Positions 8,896 to 17,096 of a DNA stretch of 64,000 nucleotides are shown here, one piece after another. The stretch is taken from the IMG/VR virus record IMGVR_UViG_3300043676_000014, positions 1 through 64,000 of that record; one strand, given 5' to 3'. How positions within the stretch are numbered: the first letter of the stretch is position 1; the number at the start of each line of letters is the position of its first letter. Position numbers and translations under genes: made by a program. This DNA comes from a virus (taxonomy: Duplodnaviria > Caudoviricetes). Below the pieces are notes generated by a model. That model searched no databases and was not told where the DNA came from. It saw only the letters and a program-made list of their open reading frames with translations.

Positions 8896-9134
8896 CTTCC
8901 CGCCATCATCTCCGCTTCACGTCTGGCAAAATGCTGATGCGCAATCCGCAGCCAGTTGAGATAAGTGACGTTACGACGGAGCCCGAGCTGTTTCGCCGTG
9001 GACAGAATCGAATACAGCGAATGTCTCGGAAACGCCGCGTCCAGTTCAGCCAGCGTCGGCCTGCCGTCGCGGTGCAACTGGATCAGCTTTCGGCGTTCGG
9101 AGGTGATCCAGTGCGAGTATTTCACTGGGGTCAT
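8892..9134 (-). CDS. Small DNA-binding-like protein
   Basis: Start MTPVKYSHW; W-x-x-ERRKL...AKQLGL HTH-like. Confidence 0.45.
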   Translation of the reverse strand: MTPVKYSHWITSERRKLIQLHRDGRPTLAELDAAFPRHSLYSILSTAKQLGLRRNVTYLNWLRIAHQHFARREAEMMAGR

Positions 9135-9152
9135 CTTCTGGCACCGAATACG

Positions 9153-9192
9153 AAAAAAGGCCGCGACGCTCCCCGAAGGAAATGACGCGGCC
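9153..9192 (-). terminator. Rho-independent terminator
   Basis: GGCCGCG...CGCGGCC stem followed by T6 on the minus strand. Confidence 0.6.
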
Positions 9193-9238
9193 CCAAGTCT
9201 AGGGAGAAAACGTCGCACGATACCCGGTGCGAACGGGG

Positions 9239-9430
9239 TTACTGGCAGCGCTTTTTGTAACCGTGCTTGATTCTCATCATAAGCGTGTGGCGCGCTGGAG
9301 ATTCCTTCGTCATGTGGATGACGATGCTGCGGGCACCTGAGAACGGATTGTTACGGTCATCCGCTCTCGCCTTGATACACGTACCCATCAGGACAAGGGC
9401 CAATAGCGCGGGGATTAGCCAGTGACGCAT
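9239..9430 (-). CDS. Small secreted/membrane protein
   Basis: MRHWLIPALLALVL signal-like N-terminus. Confidence 0.45.
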   Translation of the reverse strand: MRHWLIPALLALVLMGTCIKARADDRNNPFSGARSIVIHMTKESPARHTLMMRIKHGYKKRCQ

Positions 9431-9659
9431 TGGGTCTCGATTCGTGATATGATGCAGATGATTTGGAGGATGCGAGATGCGCAAATATTTTTTGCTGGTT
9501 GTTAGGACACAAACTCGACGTTCTGGATTGGAACGCAAATGATGGTCGCGTCAAGTGCGCGGAATGCGGAGAAGTAAAACCAATGGTCGGTGATGTATTG
9601 GCCGAGTGGATTCGATATCGATCCAGACGAATCCGGGCGGGTGATGCGCCCGGTGGCGC

Positions 9660-10037
9660 TTAGGCTGCGGGAGTTCCTGCCGTAACGGCATCCGACACGA
9701 TCTGGGTGTTGGACGTGTTCAGAGTCAGAATGTGATCGAGAGTATCGCTCAACGCTTGAAGCTTGACGGGATCTGTGCCCGCTGCTGCTAACTGCGCCTT
9801 GAGATCAATGATGGTCTGGCGCTGATCCGTAACCACCTTGGCTACTGCGTTGTCGATGTCGGTCTCCGCGGTGACGGACGCGAGGGTCGCGTCGGCCTTG
9901 GCTTGCAGTTCCTCAAGTGTTGGCATGATAGTCTCCGTCTTTCTAAGTATGCGGTCCGTTTTCCGTTCGATAACATCAAGCCGGGTCAGGACCACGTTGT
10001 CCGGCAGGAAATGATGGTAGACATCTATCTTGATCAT
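9660..10037 (-). CDS. Coiled-coil hypothetical protein
   Basis: Ala/Thr-rich helical sequence. Confidence 0.65.
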   Translation of the reverse strand: MIKIDVYHHFLPDNVVLTRLDVIERKTDRILRKTETIMPTLEELQAKADATLASVTAETDIDNAVAKVVTDQRQTIIDLKAQLAAAGTDPVKLQALSDTLDHILTLNTSNTQIVSDAVTAGTPAA

Positions 10038-10104
10038 GGCTCAGCAGTCCTTGCACACACCAGGCTTGAACGGCTCTATATGCTGGTAGTTTGGATCGAC
10101 GATC

Positions 10105-10353
10105 CTACCACCGCCAAAGAAAATGATTGGTGCCGACGCCGACACCACCTCCGATCAACGAGAGCAGCCATGCCACGATCGGGATCAGGCAGAGCAACAC
10201 CACGACGATCTTGCCCCATTTCAGAACGTTGCCATCCAATGTGATGCCGAACAAACTCGTTAGAACCCACAGGATCACGAACGCGACCAGGATTATGATC
10301 GCGATCGTAAGGCATAGATTTAGAAAGCTGAGTAAAAGCGCGCCTGCACTCAT
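10105..10353 (-). CDS. Two-TM membrane protein (holin-like candidate)
   Basis: Start MSAGALLL; two long hydrophobic helices. Confidence 0.6.
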   Translation of the reverse strand: MSAGALLLSFLNLCLTIAIIILVAFVILWVLTSLFGITLDGNVLKWGKIVVVLLCLIPIVAWLLSLIGGGVGVGTNHFLWRW

Positions 10354-10385
10354 GATGGGTGTCCCTCCGTTTTTGTGATGTTTCG

Positions 10386-10565
10386 TTAGTCCATCCGCAT
10401 TCGCTCGCCGGGGATCATTCCCATCAGCGTGAACGGCCACAGCAGGCCGCGCATGAGTGCGAGTCCGGGTGTCACCGGACCGATGTTCAGATTGAAGATG
10501 AACACGATGACGGCGACTGCAAAATAGATTGCGACAGCAATCCAGATGATTGTTCCGAGTGACAT
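10386..10565 (-). CDS. 59-aa membrane protein (not in ORF track)
   Basis: MSLGTIIWIAVAIYFAVAVIVF...LLWPF. Confidence 0.55.
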   Translation of the reverse strand: MSLGTIIWIAVAIYFAVAVIVFIFNLNIGPVTPGLALMRGLLWPFTLMGMIPGERMRMD

Positions 10566-10593
10566 TTTCTATGCCTTTTGAACTGCACGGACG

Positions 10594-11061
10594 TCAGTGT
10601 CCGCGAGAAATAATCGCCGTCACGACGCCGAACGCCAGGCCAGCCAACGCTATCAATACGGAAATCAAAACTAATGTCTGGCCCTTGTCGGTCGTGCGCT
10701 CTTGCTTGCTATCGACGACGGCGCTGTCGCGGCCGGTCCAGATGTTGATGCGGTCTATGACGCGATCAATCTTCTCGTTGGTAGCCGCGCTGTCACTCTT
10801 GAAGCTGTCCGTAAGCTTGGTGTTGGCGTCGTTGGTGGTCTTGAGTGCCGCACTTAGCGCGTCCGCCTGAGACTTGGCCAACTCGGCGGTGGCCGTCTTC
10901 ACTTCTTCTCTGGCCAGTGCGATGGCTCGATCATTGAGATCGAAGCGTTGGGTCAGCTTGTCGTCTAGGTTCTTTATCGCAAGCGTCAGCGCTTCTTTTA
11001 CCGCCTCAGTCGGATCCGGATCGGTCTTGATGATATGGCCGGTGTGCTTTGGATCAATCAA
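10594..11061 (-). CDS. Coiled-coil protein with C-terminal TM
   Basis: Heptad-rich body, hydrophobic C-terminal helix. Confidence 0.65.
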   Translation of the reverse strand: MIDPKHTGHIIKTDPDPTEAVKEALTLAIKNLDDKLTQRFDLNDRAIALAREEVKTATAELAKSQADALSAALKTTNDANTKLTDSFKSDSAATNEKIDRVIDRINIWTGRDSAVVDSKQERTTDKGQTLVLISVLIALAGLAFGVVTAIISRGH

Positions 11062-11093
11062 TTTCCCTACTCATGTCGCCGAGCCCTCCCTAT

Positions 11094-11564
11094 TTATTCA
11101 AGCCTAAAAAACAATTCAGGCGTCGTGACGCACAGTGGAAATAGCCGCTGCAGCGGATTGCAGACGTAGCAGACGTTGGCCCTGTACCCGATCGCGCCTT
11201 CCGGTAATGCGCCGCGCGGCAGCAAAAATGTCCGGTTCAGATAACCGTCTATGATGCTCTCGGAGACGGCCGCGGGAGTCGGATCGTAGCTCGCTAGGAT
11301 GACGCGTGTTTTTGGATCGAACAGAACGCGATGGTTGGAGCCAGGGCAGATGCGGTTGATTTTCTTCAGCTTCCACATGACGGTGATTTGTTCGCCATCA
11401 TGTGCCGTTGAAGGCACGATATAACTCTGTTCGGCGTCGTACTCATAAGGCGGTGTGTTGTCCGCGAACATGAAAGCGCCGCCGCCGAAGATAGTGGCGA
11501 GCCACAATCCGATGACGATCTGCCATCTCAGTTCAAGCCATATTTTTGTCATGGGCCAGTCCAC
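11094..11564 (-). CDS. Membrane-anchored periplasmic beta-domain protein
   Basis: N-terminal TM; RICPG...YVCNPL, seen near lysis genes in alphaproteobacterial phages. Confidence 0.65.
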   Translation of the reverse strand: MDWPMTKIWLELRWQIVIGLWLATIFGGGAFMFADNTPPYEYDAEQSYIVPSTAHDGEQITVMWKLKKINRICPGSNHRVLFDPKTRVILASYDPTPAAVSESIIDGYLNRTFLLPRGALPEGAIGYRANVCYVCNPLQRLFPLCVTTPELFFRLE

Positions 11565-11848
11565 GGCTTGAAGATTGCCTTGCCGTATGCCGCCAGAAAC
11601 CCGCCGATCGCACCAAGGAATGACAGACCAATAAGAATGCCCGCGCCGCGCTGGTATGAGTTCTCCATCTTGGAAACGCGCTTCTCGAGTTTGGCGCGCT
11701 CGACACGCTCCTCAGCCAAGGCTTTTTCAATGGCCTCTTTTTCTTTACCAAGGTTGGTAACCCGCATCCCCAACAGCGCGATTGCCGTGTAGGGATTGTT
11801 CGGATCGAAACTCTCTAAGTCCGGTCCTTGCATTCCAGTAGTCTTCAA
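11549..11848 (-). CDS. Coiled-coil protein with C-terminal TM (holin/XhlA-like candidate)
   Basis: LEKRVSKME coiled coil followed by a hydrophobic helix. Confidence 0.6.
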   Translation of the reverse strand: MKTTGMQGPDLESFDPNNPYTAIALLGMRVTNLGKEKEAIEKALAEERVERAKLEKRVSKMENSYQRGAGILIGLSFLGAIGGFLAAYGKAIFKPWTGP

Positions 11849-11907
11849 TTAACCATAGAGCAAAAATGAACGCGCCCCATCCGGGGACTTATGATTTTGT
11901 TTGGTTC

Positions 11908-11976
11908 AGCCATGGTCATCCTCCTGGGGTGATCGTGGTTAGGTCCGGCTTGACGTCGCAAGCGCCAAGCTGGGCC
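11908..11976 (-). promoter_or_regulatory. Structured leader: hairpin + CTAACCA + SD + ATGGCT
   Basis: Same architecture as 39821-39892. Confidence 0.5.
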
Positions 11977-11984
11977 GATTTCAA

Positions 11985-12584
11985 TTACTGCCCACTACGC
12001 AGCCTAGTCATCTTCTGCTGCGCGTCTTGCATGTAGGTATCGTTCTGCTTGATGAAGTCCTCAAGCTGCATCTTGCGTGTGAGCGCGAGTTGGTCGTTCG
12101 GGTCCTTGACCAGCGCCTGATTGACCACGGACAACTGCCCCTGCAACGTCTGCTTCTGCGTGAACGCGAGCCGCATCTGCATGTCCACCTGATCCATGGT
12201 TGCCATGGTCTGGCTCTTGGCCACGCTGTTGAGAGTCTTGTTCAGCTCGCCGAGGCTACCTGTGATCTCTCCCTTGATGACGTTCTGGTTCCTGACCACT
12301 TCGTCTTTGGTGTCGACGATCTTGGCGTTCACCTCTGTCTTGACGTTGGTGATGGCGTGATCGAGCGTGTAGTCACTCACCATCCACCGTCCGCCTGCCC
12401 ACGAGTAAACCTGAATGAACACATAGGCCGCGCCAGCCAATGCGGTGATGGTAATTGCCAACTTGTAGAACGGCGCGAGCCTGCTGGTCACGGCCTCTGC
12501 GATAGACGGGTTGTTCTCTTGCAACTCCTGCTTCGTGACCGGATGCCGTCGACGACGCGCAGGTGCTTTCTTTCGTGCCGTCAT
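11985..12584 (-). CDS. Membrane-anchored coiled-coil protein (spanin-like candidate)
   Basis: Basic N-terminus, one TM, long helical Gln-rich C-terminus. Confidence 0.6.
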   Translation of the reverse strand: MTARKKAPARRRRHPVTKQELQENNPSIAEAVTSRLAPFYKLAITITALAGAAYVFIQVYSWAGGRWMVSDYTLDHAITNVKTEVNAKIVDTKDEVVRNQNVIKGEITGSLGELNKTLNSVAKSQTMATMDQVDMQMRLAFTQKQTLQGQLSVVNQALVKDPNDQLALTRKMQLEDFIKQNDTYMQDAQQKMTRLRSGQ

Positions 12585-13066
12585 CGGCGAAACGCCTTAG
12601 CTGCTATCACTAGCGCGGCCGACGGAGGCCCTACATAGAACAGCGCCTGCAGGATCGCGTGTTCCGTCTCTTCGAACTTGCCCGGCAGCAACGCCACCTT
12701 CCACGTCCCAACTGTATGCGCCTGCCACTCCAGCCACGGCAGCACGTACCATTTCATTGTCGGGACCAGATGCCAGGGGGTTGAGTCCATCACCACCATG
12801 CTAACGTGGAAAGCAAACATCATCGCGATGATGAATCCGGCGAGTCCGAACGGACCCCACGCGCCTTGGCTCTTTTGTACGTCTGCGCGCTGGGCTCCAG
12901 ATTCCGTTGAGCCACGTACCGTGGTATCTGCAAGCCTGTTGCCAGCGTCGCCCTCATTTTTGAATCGCGTGGTGTTGTCGGCGTGAATGTCGGTGATTGT
13001 CTTGCCGAACACACCGAACAGAGCGCCTAGACCGCCCGTGAAAAGACTAGCGAGGAAACTCCACAT
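12581..13066 (-). CDS. Membrane protein (3TM holin-like)
   Basis: Start MWSFLASL; hydrophobic segments; in the lysis region. Confidence 0.6.
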   Translation of the reverse strand: MWSFLASLFTGGLGALFGVFGKTITDIHADNTTRFKNEGDAGNRLADTTVRGSTESGAQRADVQKSQGAWGPFGLAGFIIAMMFAFHVSMVVMDSTPWHLVPTMKWYVLPWLEWQAHTVGTWKVALLPGKFEETEHAILQALFYVGPPSAALVIAAKAFRR

Positions 13067-13067
13067 G

Positions 13068-13355
13068 CTACGGCCCCGGCGGTGGTGAGGCGAGGAAGGA
13101 TTTTGGAACAGATTCCACCGAACCATCCTTGGCCGTTTCAGGGACCATTACGGTCTCCTGTACGGCCCTGTGTCTCCGCAGGAACTCGGTCACGATGCCG
13201 TTGAAGATCAGCCAAATCGTTAGCCACTTGCCGGATAGAAGGGGCGAAAGGTCAGCTACCGAAACGACGCCCCAGACGACACCAAATAATATTTGAAGCC
13301 GAGCCCAAGCAATCGTCTCACTTCGCCAAAACCAGTTTTTGACACTATTGATCAT
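13068..13355 (-). CDS. Putative holin (2 TM)
   Basis: Start MINSVKNWF coupled (TAATG) to the endolysin; SETIAWARLQ plus two TMs. Confidence 0.6.
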   Translation of the reverse strand: MINSVKNWFWRSETIAWARLQILFGVVWGVVSVADLSPLLSGKWLTIWLIFNGIVTEFLRRHRAVQETVMVPETAKDGSVESVPKSFLASPPPGP

Positions 13356-14227
13356 TACGATTTCCTCTGGAATATGGACGCCCAAAAACTGGGCTTGGCC
13401 ACGGGATGTACCGGGGTTGGGTTTGGAGGAGGTAGAGCGACCTTAAGCGCCGCAATGGTGGCCGGTCCCACCAGACCATCGACGATCAGCCCCTTGCTCG
13501 CCTGAAACGCGCGGACCGCGCCACGGGTGCCTGCACCGTAGATCCCATCGACAGCCAGGATAGGCGTTGCGCCAAGTTTATTGAGTGACGCCTGTAGCCA
13601 TGCCGCGTCGAGCGCAGGAGGTGCTGGCGGAAGATCAGGTTTGTTCAGCGGCGCAACGTCGAACTTCACCGTCGGGTCCAGCGCCATGATCGCAAGGATC
13701 AGTCCAGCGCACCCTAGCTGCTTGTCTACTACGGGTTCGATCGGGCCATGATCGAATGTCACCTTGCCGATCGTGTATTGATCGGTGCCGCTCCAGACGT
13801 AAGGTGAGGGTCTGCCAGCATTGGCATACGCCAAACCGTTATATTTCTCGAGGAGCGTCAGCATCCCCGCGATCGTCCAGTCCTTGTTACGTGCGGCATA
13901 GGGAGCGCAATTCACCAGCGCATCAACAGCGCAATCCTCAAATCCCTTGGCGCCGAGGAATGGTCCGCGCCCTGCCGGGACATGGGTTGAGACGCTATCC
14001 AAAGGATCTCCCTGACCTAGCTGCCTAGCGAAGTCCATCGTCGATTCGCGATAATGGGAGACAGCGACAAAGCACCAATGAACTCCGCATCTTCGCTCGA
14101 CGTCCTGATAGCGCGCCTTGTTTGCAACTGCCTTGGCTGCGTATTTCGCGAACTCAGGTCCGCGCGTCAGCTTGGCGTTAGCCCAGCGTTTTGCATTCGC
14201 TGCCTTGAGCGCGACCAGATCAGCCAT
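13355..14227 (-). CDS. Endolysin: lysozyme-like domain plus C-terminal peptidoglycan-binding domain
   Basis: HYRES...GQGDP...LEKYNG..Y...PSPYVWSGT; PG-binding motif LQ..L...VDGIYG..T..AV.AFQ...GL.VDG.VGP.T. Confidence 0.9.
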   Translation of the reverse strand: MADLVALKAANAKRWANAKLTRGPEFAKYAAKAVANKARYQDVERRCGVHWCFVAVSHYRESTMDFARQLGQGDPLDSVSTHVPAGRGPFLGAKGFEDCAVDALVNCAPYAARNKDWTIAGMLTLLEKYNGLAYANAGRPSPYVWSGTDQYTIGKVTFDHGPIEPVVDKQLGCAGLILAIMALDPTVKFDVAPLNKPDLPPAPPALDAAWLQASLNKLGATPILAVDGIYGAGTRGAVRAFQASKGLIVDGLVGPATIAALKVALPPPNPTPVHPVAKPSFWASIFQRKS

Positions 14228-14245
14228 GATATTTTTCCTGATGAG

Positions 14246-14542
14246 TCAGCGTTCTGAAGGAACGCGCCGCTGCACGATGTAGACCTTGCCGTCCGGACGA
14301 TGCAGATCGCAACGATCGGTGTCCTTTATCTGATCCTCGTTGCCCGTGTATTCACGGTCTTTCTGCTTGGGGTCGATGCTGCGGATGGCCTATTGATCGG
14401 CGACTTTCGCGGGCAATTTTATCCTGCAGAAGCCGCACATCCGATAGGACTCGATGTCGTTCTTGCGCTCGAAGAACTTGCACGACCCGCAAGTGTCAGG
14501 TTCTGCGCTGGCGCCGACGGATAGCGTGATCTCGTTAGCCAT
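14246..14542 (-). pseudogene. Cys-rich small ORF interrupted by one in-frame TAG (14390-14392)
   Basis: MANEITLSV...TCGSCKFF...CGFCRIKLP...Q*AIRS...DRCDLH...SER* reads in one frame across the stop. Confidence 0.55.
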
Positions 14543-15089
14543 GCCGGCTTCCGATCATCTCATCCATGACAAACTCGCGCCCGAACCGCACAACCTTGTC
14601 ATCGTGCATCGCAGCCATCGGAAGCCAGTTCATATAATCTTCGATCTTGATGATTTTATCGAACTTGTTGTCGAGTGCTCGCCATTCTCCATCGAGAAAC
14701 GCTGCACACCACGCATGGGGCTGGTTGGCGAGGATGTTCTTAATCTCGCCGATGACGACGCGAGCTGGAATCCCAGCTTTCGTCAGCAGCGCGTATTTCA
14801 GAATGGCGCAGTCTTCGCAGTCGCCCCGATTGAGCGACAGGGTTTGCGCTGGCGTCTGCCAGACATCAACGCTGTCCGGCTCTGGCGTGTAAACGATTGT
14901 GTGGTTGAGCGCGGAATTGCACCTGGCGATTTCCGCAAGCGTTGTCCCCGGCAATTCGCAGTAGGCATGCGTAGCTGTCTCGGCCGTTGGAAGATCCAGC
15001 AACCCCCGCACCGCATCCCATTTCTTCCGATACGGATCACCTATCGATGCATTCAATGATCGATAGCCGGCGAAGTTGAGATCGGTCAC
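14535..15089 (-). CDS. Bacterial transglutaminase-like cysteine protease (BTLCP/LapG-like)
   Basis: DVWQTP...GDCEDCAILKY...HAW...LDN Cys-His-Asp pattern. Confidence 0.85.
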   Translation of the reverse strand: MTDLNFAGYRSLNASIGDPYRKKWDAVRGLLDLPTAETATHAYCELPGTTLAEIARCNSALNHTIVYTPEPDSVDVWQTPAQTLSLNRGDCEDCAILKYALLTKAGIPARVVIGEIKNILANQPHAWCAAFLDGEWRALDNKFDKIIKIEDYMNWLPMAAMHDDKVVRFGREFVMDEMIGSRHG

Positions 15090-15433
15090 GGCATCACCAG
15101 CCGGTAGCCGCGCGCATCAACCAGATCGATTCGCACGCCTAGCTGTTTAACGATGCGCCTGGCCCATGAGACATAAGTCCGGATACAGGCAAGCCAGCCT
15201 TCCGGTTCGCAGTAACCCCACACGCCGTAACGCAGCTCGGCGTATCGGGCCATCCTTGGCGAGCACGAATTCAGGACGTAAAGAAGTTCAGTCACGGCTG
15301 CAGGACGGCAGGAAACGACCGATCCGCCATAGGCGACCGTATTTGAATTCAGGTCGACCAGCAGGCGATCGGGCATGACATGAGAACCGCAGCACGGGCA
15401 TATCATTAACCCTGCCGAGTCGAGGCCAGTCAT
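15086..15433 (-). CDS. Zinc-knuckle plus OmpR-type winged-helix protein
   Basis: CPCC; ELLYVL...VWG...IRTYVSWARR...RGYRL. Confidence 0.65.
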   Translation of the reverse strand: MTGLDSAGLMICPCCGSHVMPDRLLVDLNSNTVAYGGSVVSCRPAAVTELLYVLNSCSPRMARYAELRYGVWGYCEPEGWLACIRTYVSWARRIVKQLGVRIDLVDARGYRLVMP

Positions 15434-15500
15434 GTTTCGTTCTCTTTTCGTGGTGGGGTTGTGGTGGTAGGCTCACTCCCTTTCGAGGGGAGTCTTTCAA

Positions 15501-15971
15501 ATGAAACGATTGGTTTTCGTATTGTTATTGCTTGCCGGTCCCGCATGGGCGCAGCCCCAGGAGATCGAATCAGAGGGACTAATCCAACTCAGCGTCGGTC
15601 AGGCCAAGGCATTTGAGTTCAAAGACCCGATCGGACAGATTTATTTCGCGCCAGGGGATGTCGTACAAAGCGTCCCGCAGAGTGACAGGCAATTCACAAT
15701 CTCGCCTATCACATCCGGCACAACGCGGATGTTCGTTCGCGACCCAACAGGCAAGCTAGTTTATAACGTGGATATCGTCGTTGCCCCGGAGCCGGGACAC
15801 ATCGTCAAGTTCTACGGCGGCAGCAAGAACGATGATCTAAACGCTGGTTACGTGGCGGTCTATTGTACTGAGTTCGGCTGCGAGCGCCCCGACAAAGACC
15901 TTCCGAAGCCGACTACGTATTCTGTTGAGCGCGTTTCGGGATTCAGCAAGGGGGCCGAAGGGCCAAGGTAG
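15501..15971 (+). CDS. Secreted protein with pilus-formation/secretin N-terminal domain (CpaC/RcpA-like)
   Basis: Signal peptide AWA; IQLSVGQAK.F...I......V.......F.I.....GTT.MFV.D..G pattern. Confidence 0.7.
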   Translation: MKRLVFVLLLLAGPAWAQPQEIESEGLIQLSVGQAKAFEFKDPIGQIYFAPGDVVQSVPQSDRQFTISPITSGTTRMFVRDPTGKLVYNVDIVVAPEPGHIVKFYGGSKNDDLNAGYVAVYCTEFGCERPDKDLPKPTTYSVERVSGFSKGAEGPR

Positions 15972-15980
15972 GTCCGCCAC

Positions 15981-17075
15981 TTAAGGAGTAATGTCTAGGG
16001 CTGTTCCGTATGTGTTGATGGTGCCCGTCTTGGTGAAGTTAACTCCTAGACTGCCGGTGTTGTTGCCCACCTTCCAATTGCTACTCCCGTGCAGCAAGAT
16101 ATCCGGGGCCTGCCCTAGTTCTGCTTGCGCTACTGCTGGATCGACGGGGCGACCTTCCGCATCGATGAAGAGGCGGCGAATATCCTCGCTGCTGGCGTTG
16201 GCAGAAATCCCGGTAAAGATTTGCAGCTCGCCCTCCACGACGTTGTAAACCTTTAAGACAAACTGGCTGCTGGTCGGGATTCCAATTGGATTGCCGTTAG
16301 AGGCAATGACAGAGCCGCTGACAGTCACCACGAAGTCGGTGGAATCCTCGATGGGAAACGAGGTCGTATCGCCAGCAGCCACTATTCCGAAGAGCCCCTG
16401 AGGGATGATATAATTGTCGGCGATAGGATCTGCAGATGGAGCCGCCACGCCACCGCCGGCGGGATTCATCGAAGGCCCTACCATCCCAACGTCGTCAAAG
16501 GCCCATGAAAAAGTCGGACCTGGAGAAATAACGTTATCCGTAGGTCGATTGGCATTTGACCATGTTATGCTGCACGTTGGAGAGATATCAAACGAGATCA
16601 GCGCATGATGCAATACCTCGGGTGTGACTGTCAGAAATTGGCCCGGTCCTGCCCCTCCCATATAGTAGCATTCGGCCCTTTGTTCCAGATCGGGATCTTG
16701 TGGAGTTTTGTTGAATGAACAATAAATTGGAGTCTGCAAATTAACGGCTAAGGTTGGAGATATCTTTCCGTTGATAAAAACAGGTCTGCCATCATCTAAA
16801 AGCGCGCAGTCGATGCCGATAAAACTCGGTTGCACCTGAACGCCGACGGCATCACCAATACCGGTCTCCAAAGAGCCAAATGTAATTAACGGAATAATCT
16901 TATAGAGAGGTGGACTGAAGCACGCACCTTCATAGCCGTCAGAAGATTCTCCGCCCGGATCGTCAGTCAGAGCCGACACGGCATCCAGCGTCGCAGCCGG
17001 AATCCGAAACCATATAGAAATTATAGCCTTCGTGAAATTCGGAAGAGACGATTCCGCTATCTGTAAATAGCCCAT
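15981..17075 (-). CDS. Putative tail-associated protein (LamG/lectin-like)
   Basis: ISIWFR, HHALISFD, IRRLFIDAEG.PVDP, NNTGSLG.NF; lies at the end of the tail operon. Confidence 0.55.
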   Translation of the reverse strand: MGYLQIAESSLPNFTKAIISIWFRIPAATLDAVSALTDDPGGESSDGYEGACFSPPLYKIIPLITFGSLETGIGDAVGVQVQPSFIGIDCALLDDGRPVFINGKISPTLAVNLQTPIYCSFNKTPQDPDLEQRAECYYMGGAGPGQFLTVTPEVLHHALISFDISPTCSITWSNANRPTDNVISPGPTFSWAFDDVGMVGPSMNPAGGGVAAPSADPIADNYIIPQGLFGIVAAGDTTSFPIEDSTDFVVTVSGSVIASNGNPIGIPTSSQFVLKVYNVVEGELQIFTGISANASSEDIRRLFIDAEGRPVDPAVAQAELGQAPDILLHGSSNWKVGNNTGSLGVNFTKTGTINTYGTALDITP

Positions 17076-17096
17076 CTATTCAAATCTCGCCTTCGC

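Noticed and set aside
14390-14392. Genome-wide amber (TAG) recoding
   Set aside because: Several apparently complete genes end in TAG, and the large genes are not fragmented.
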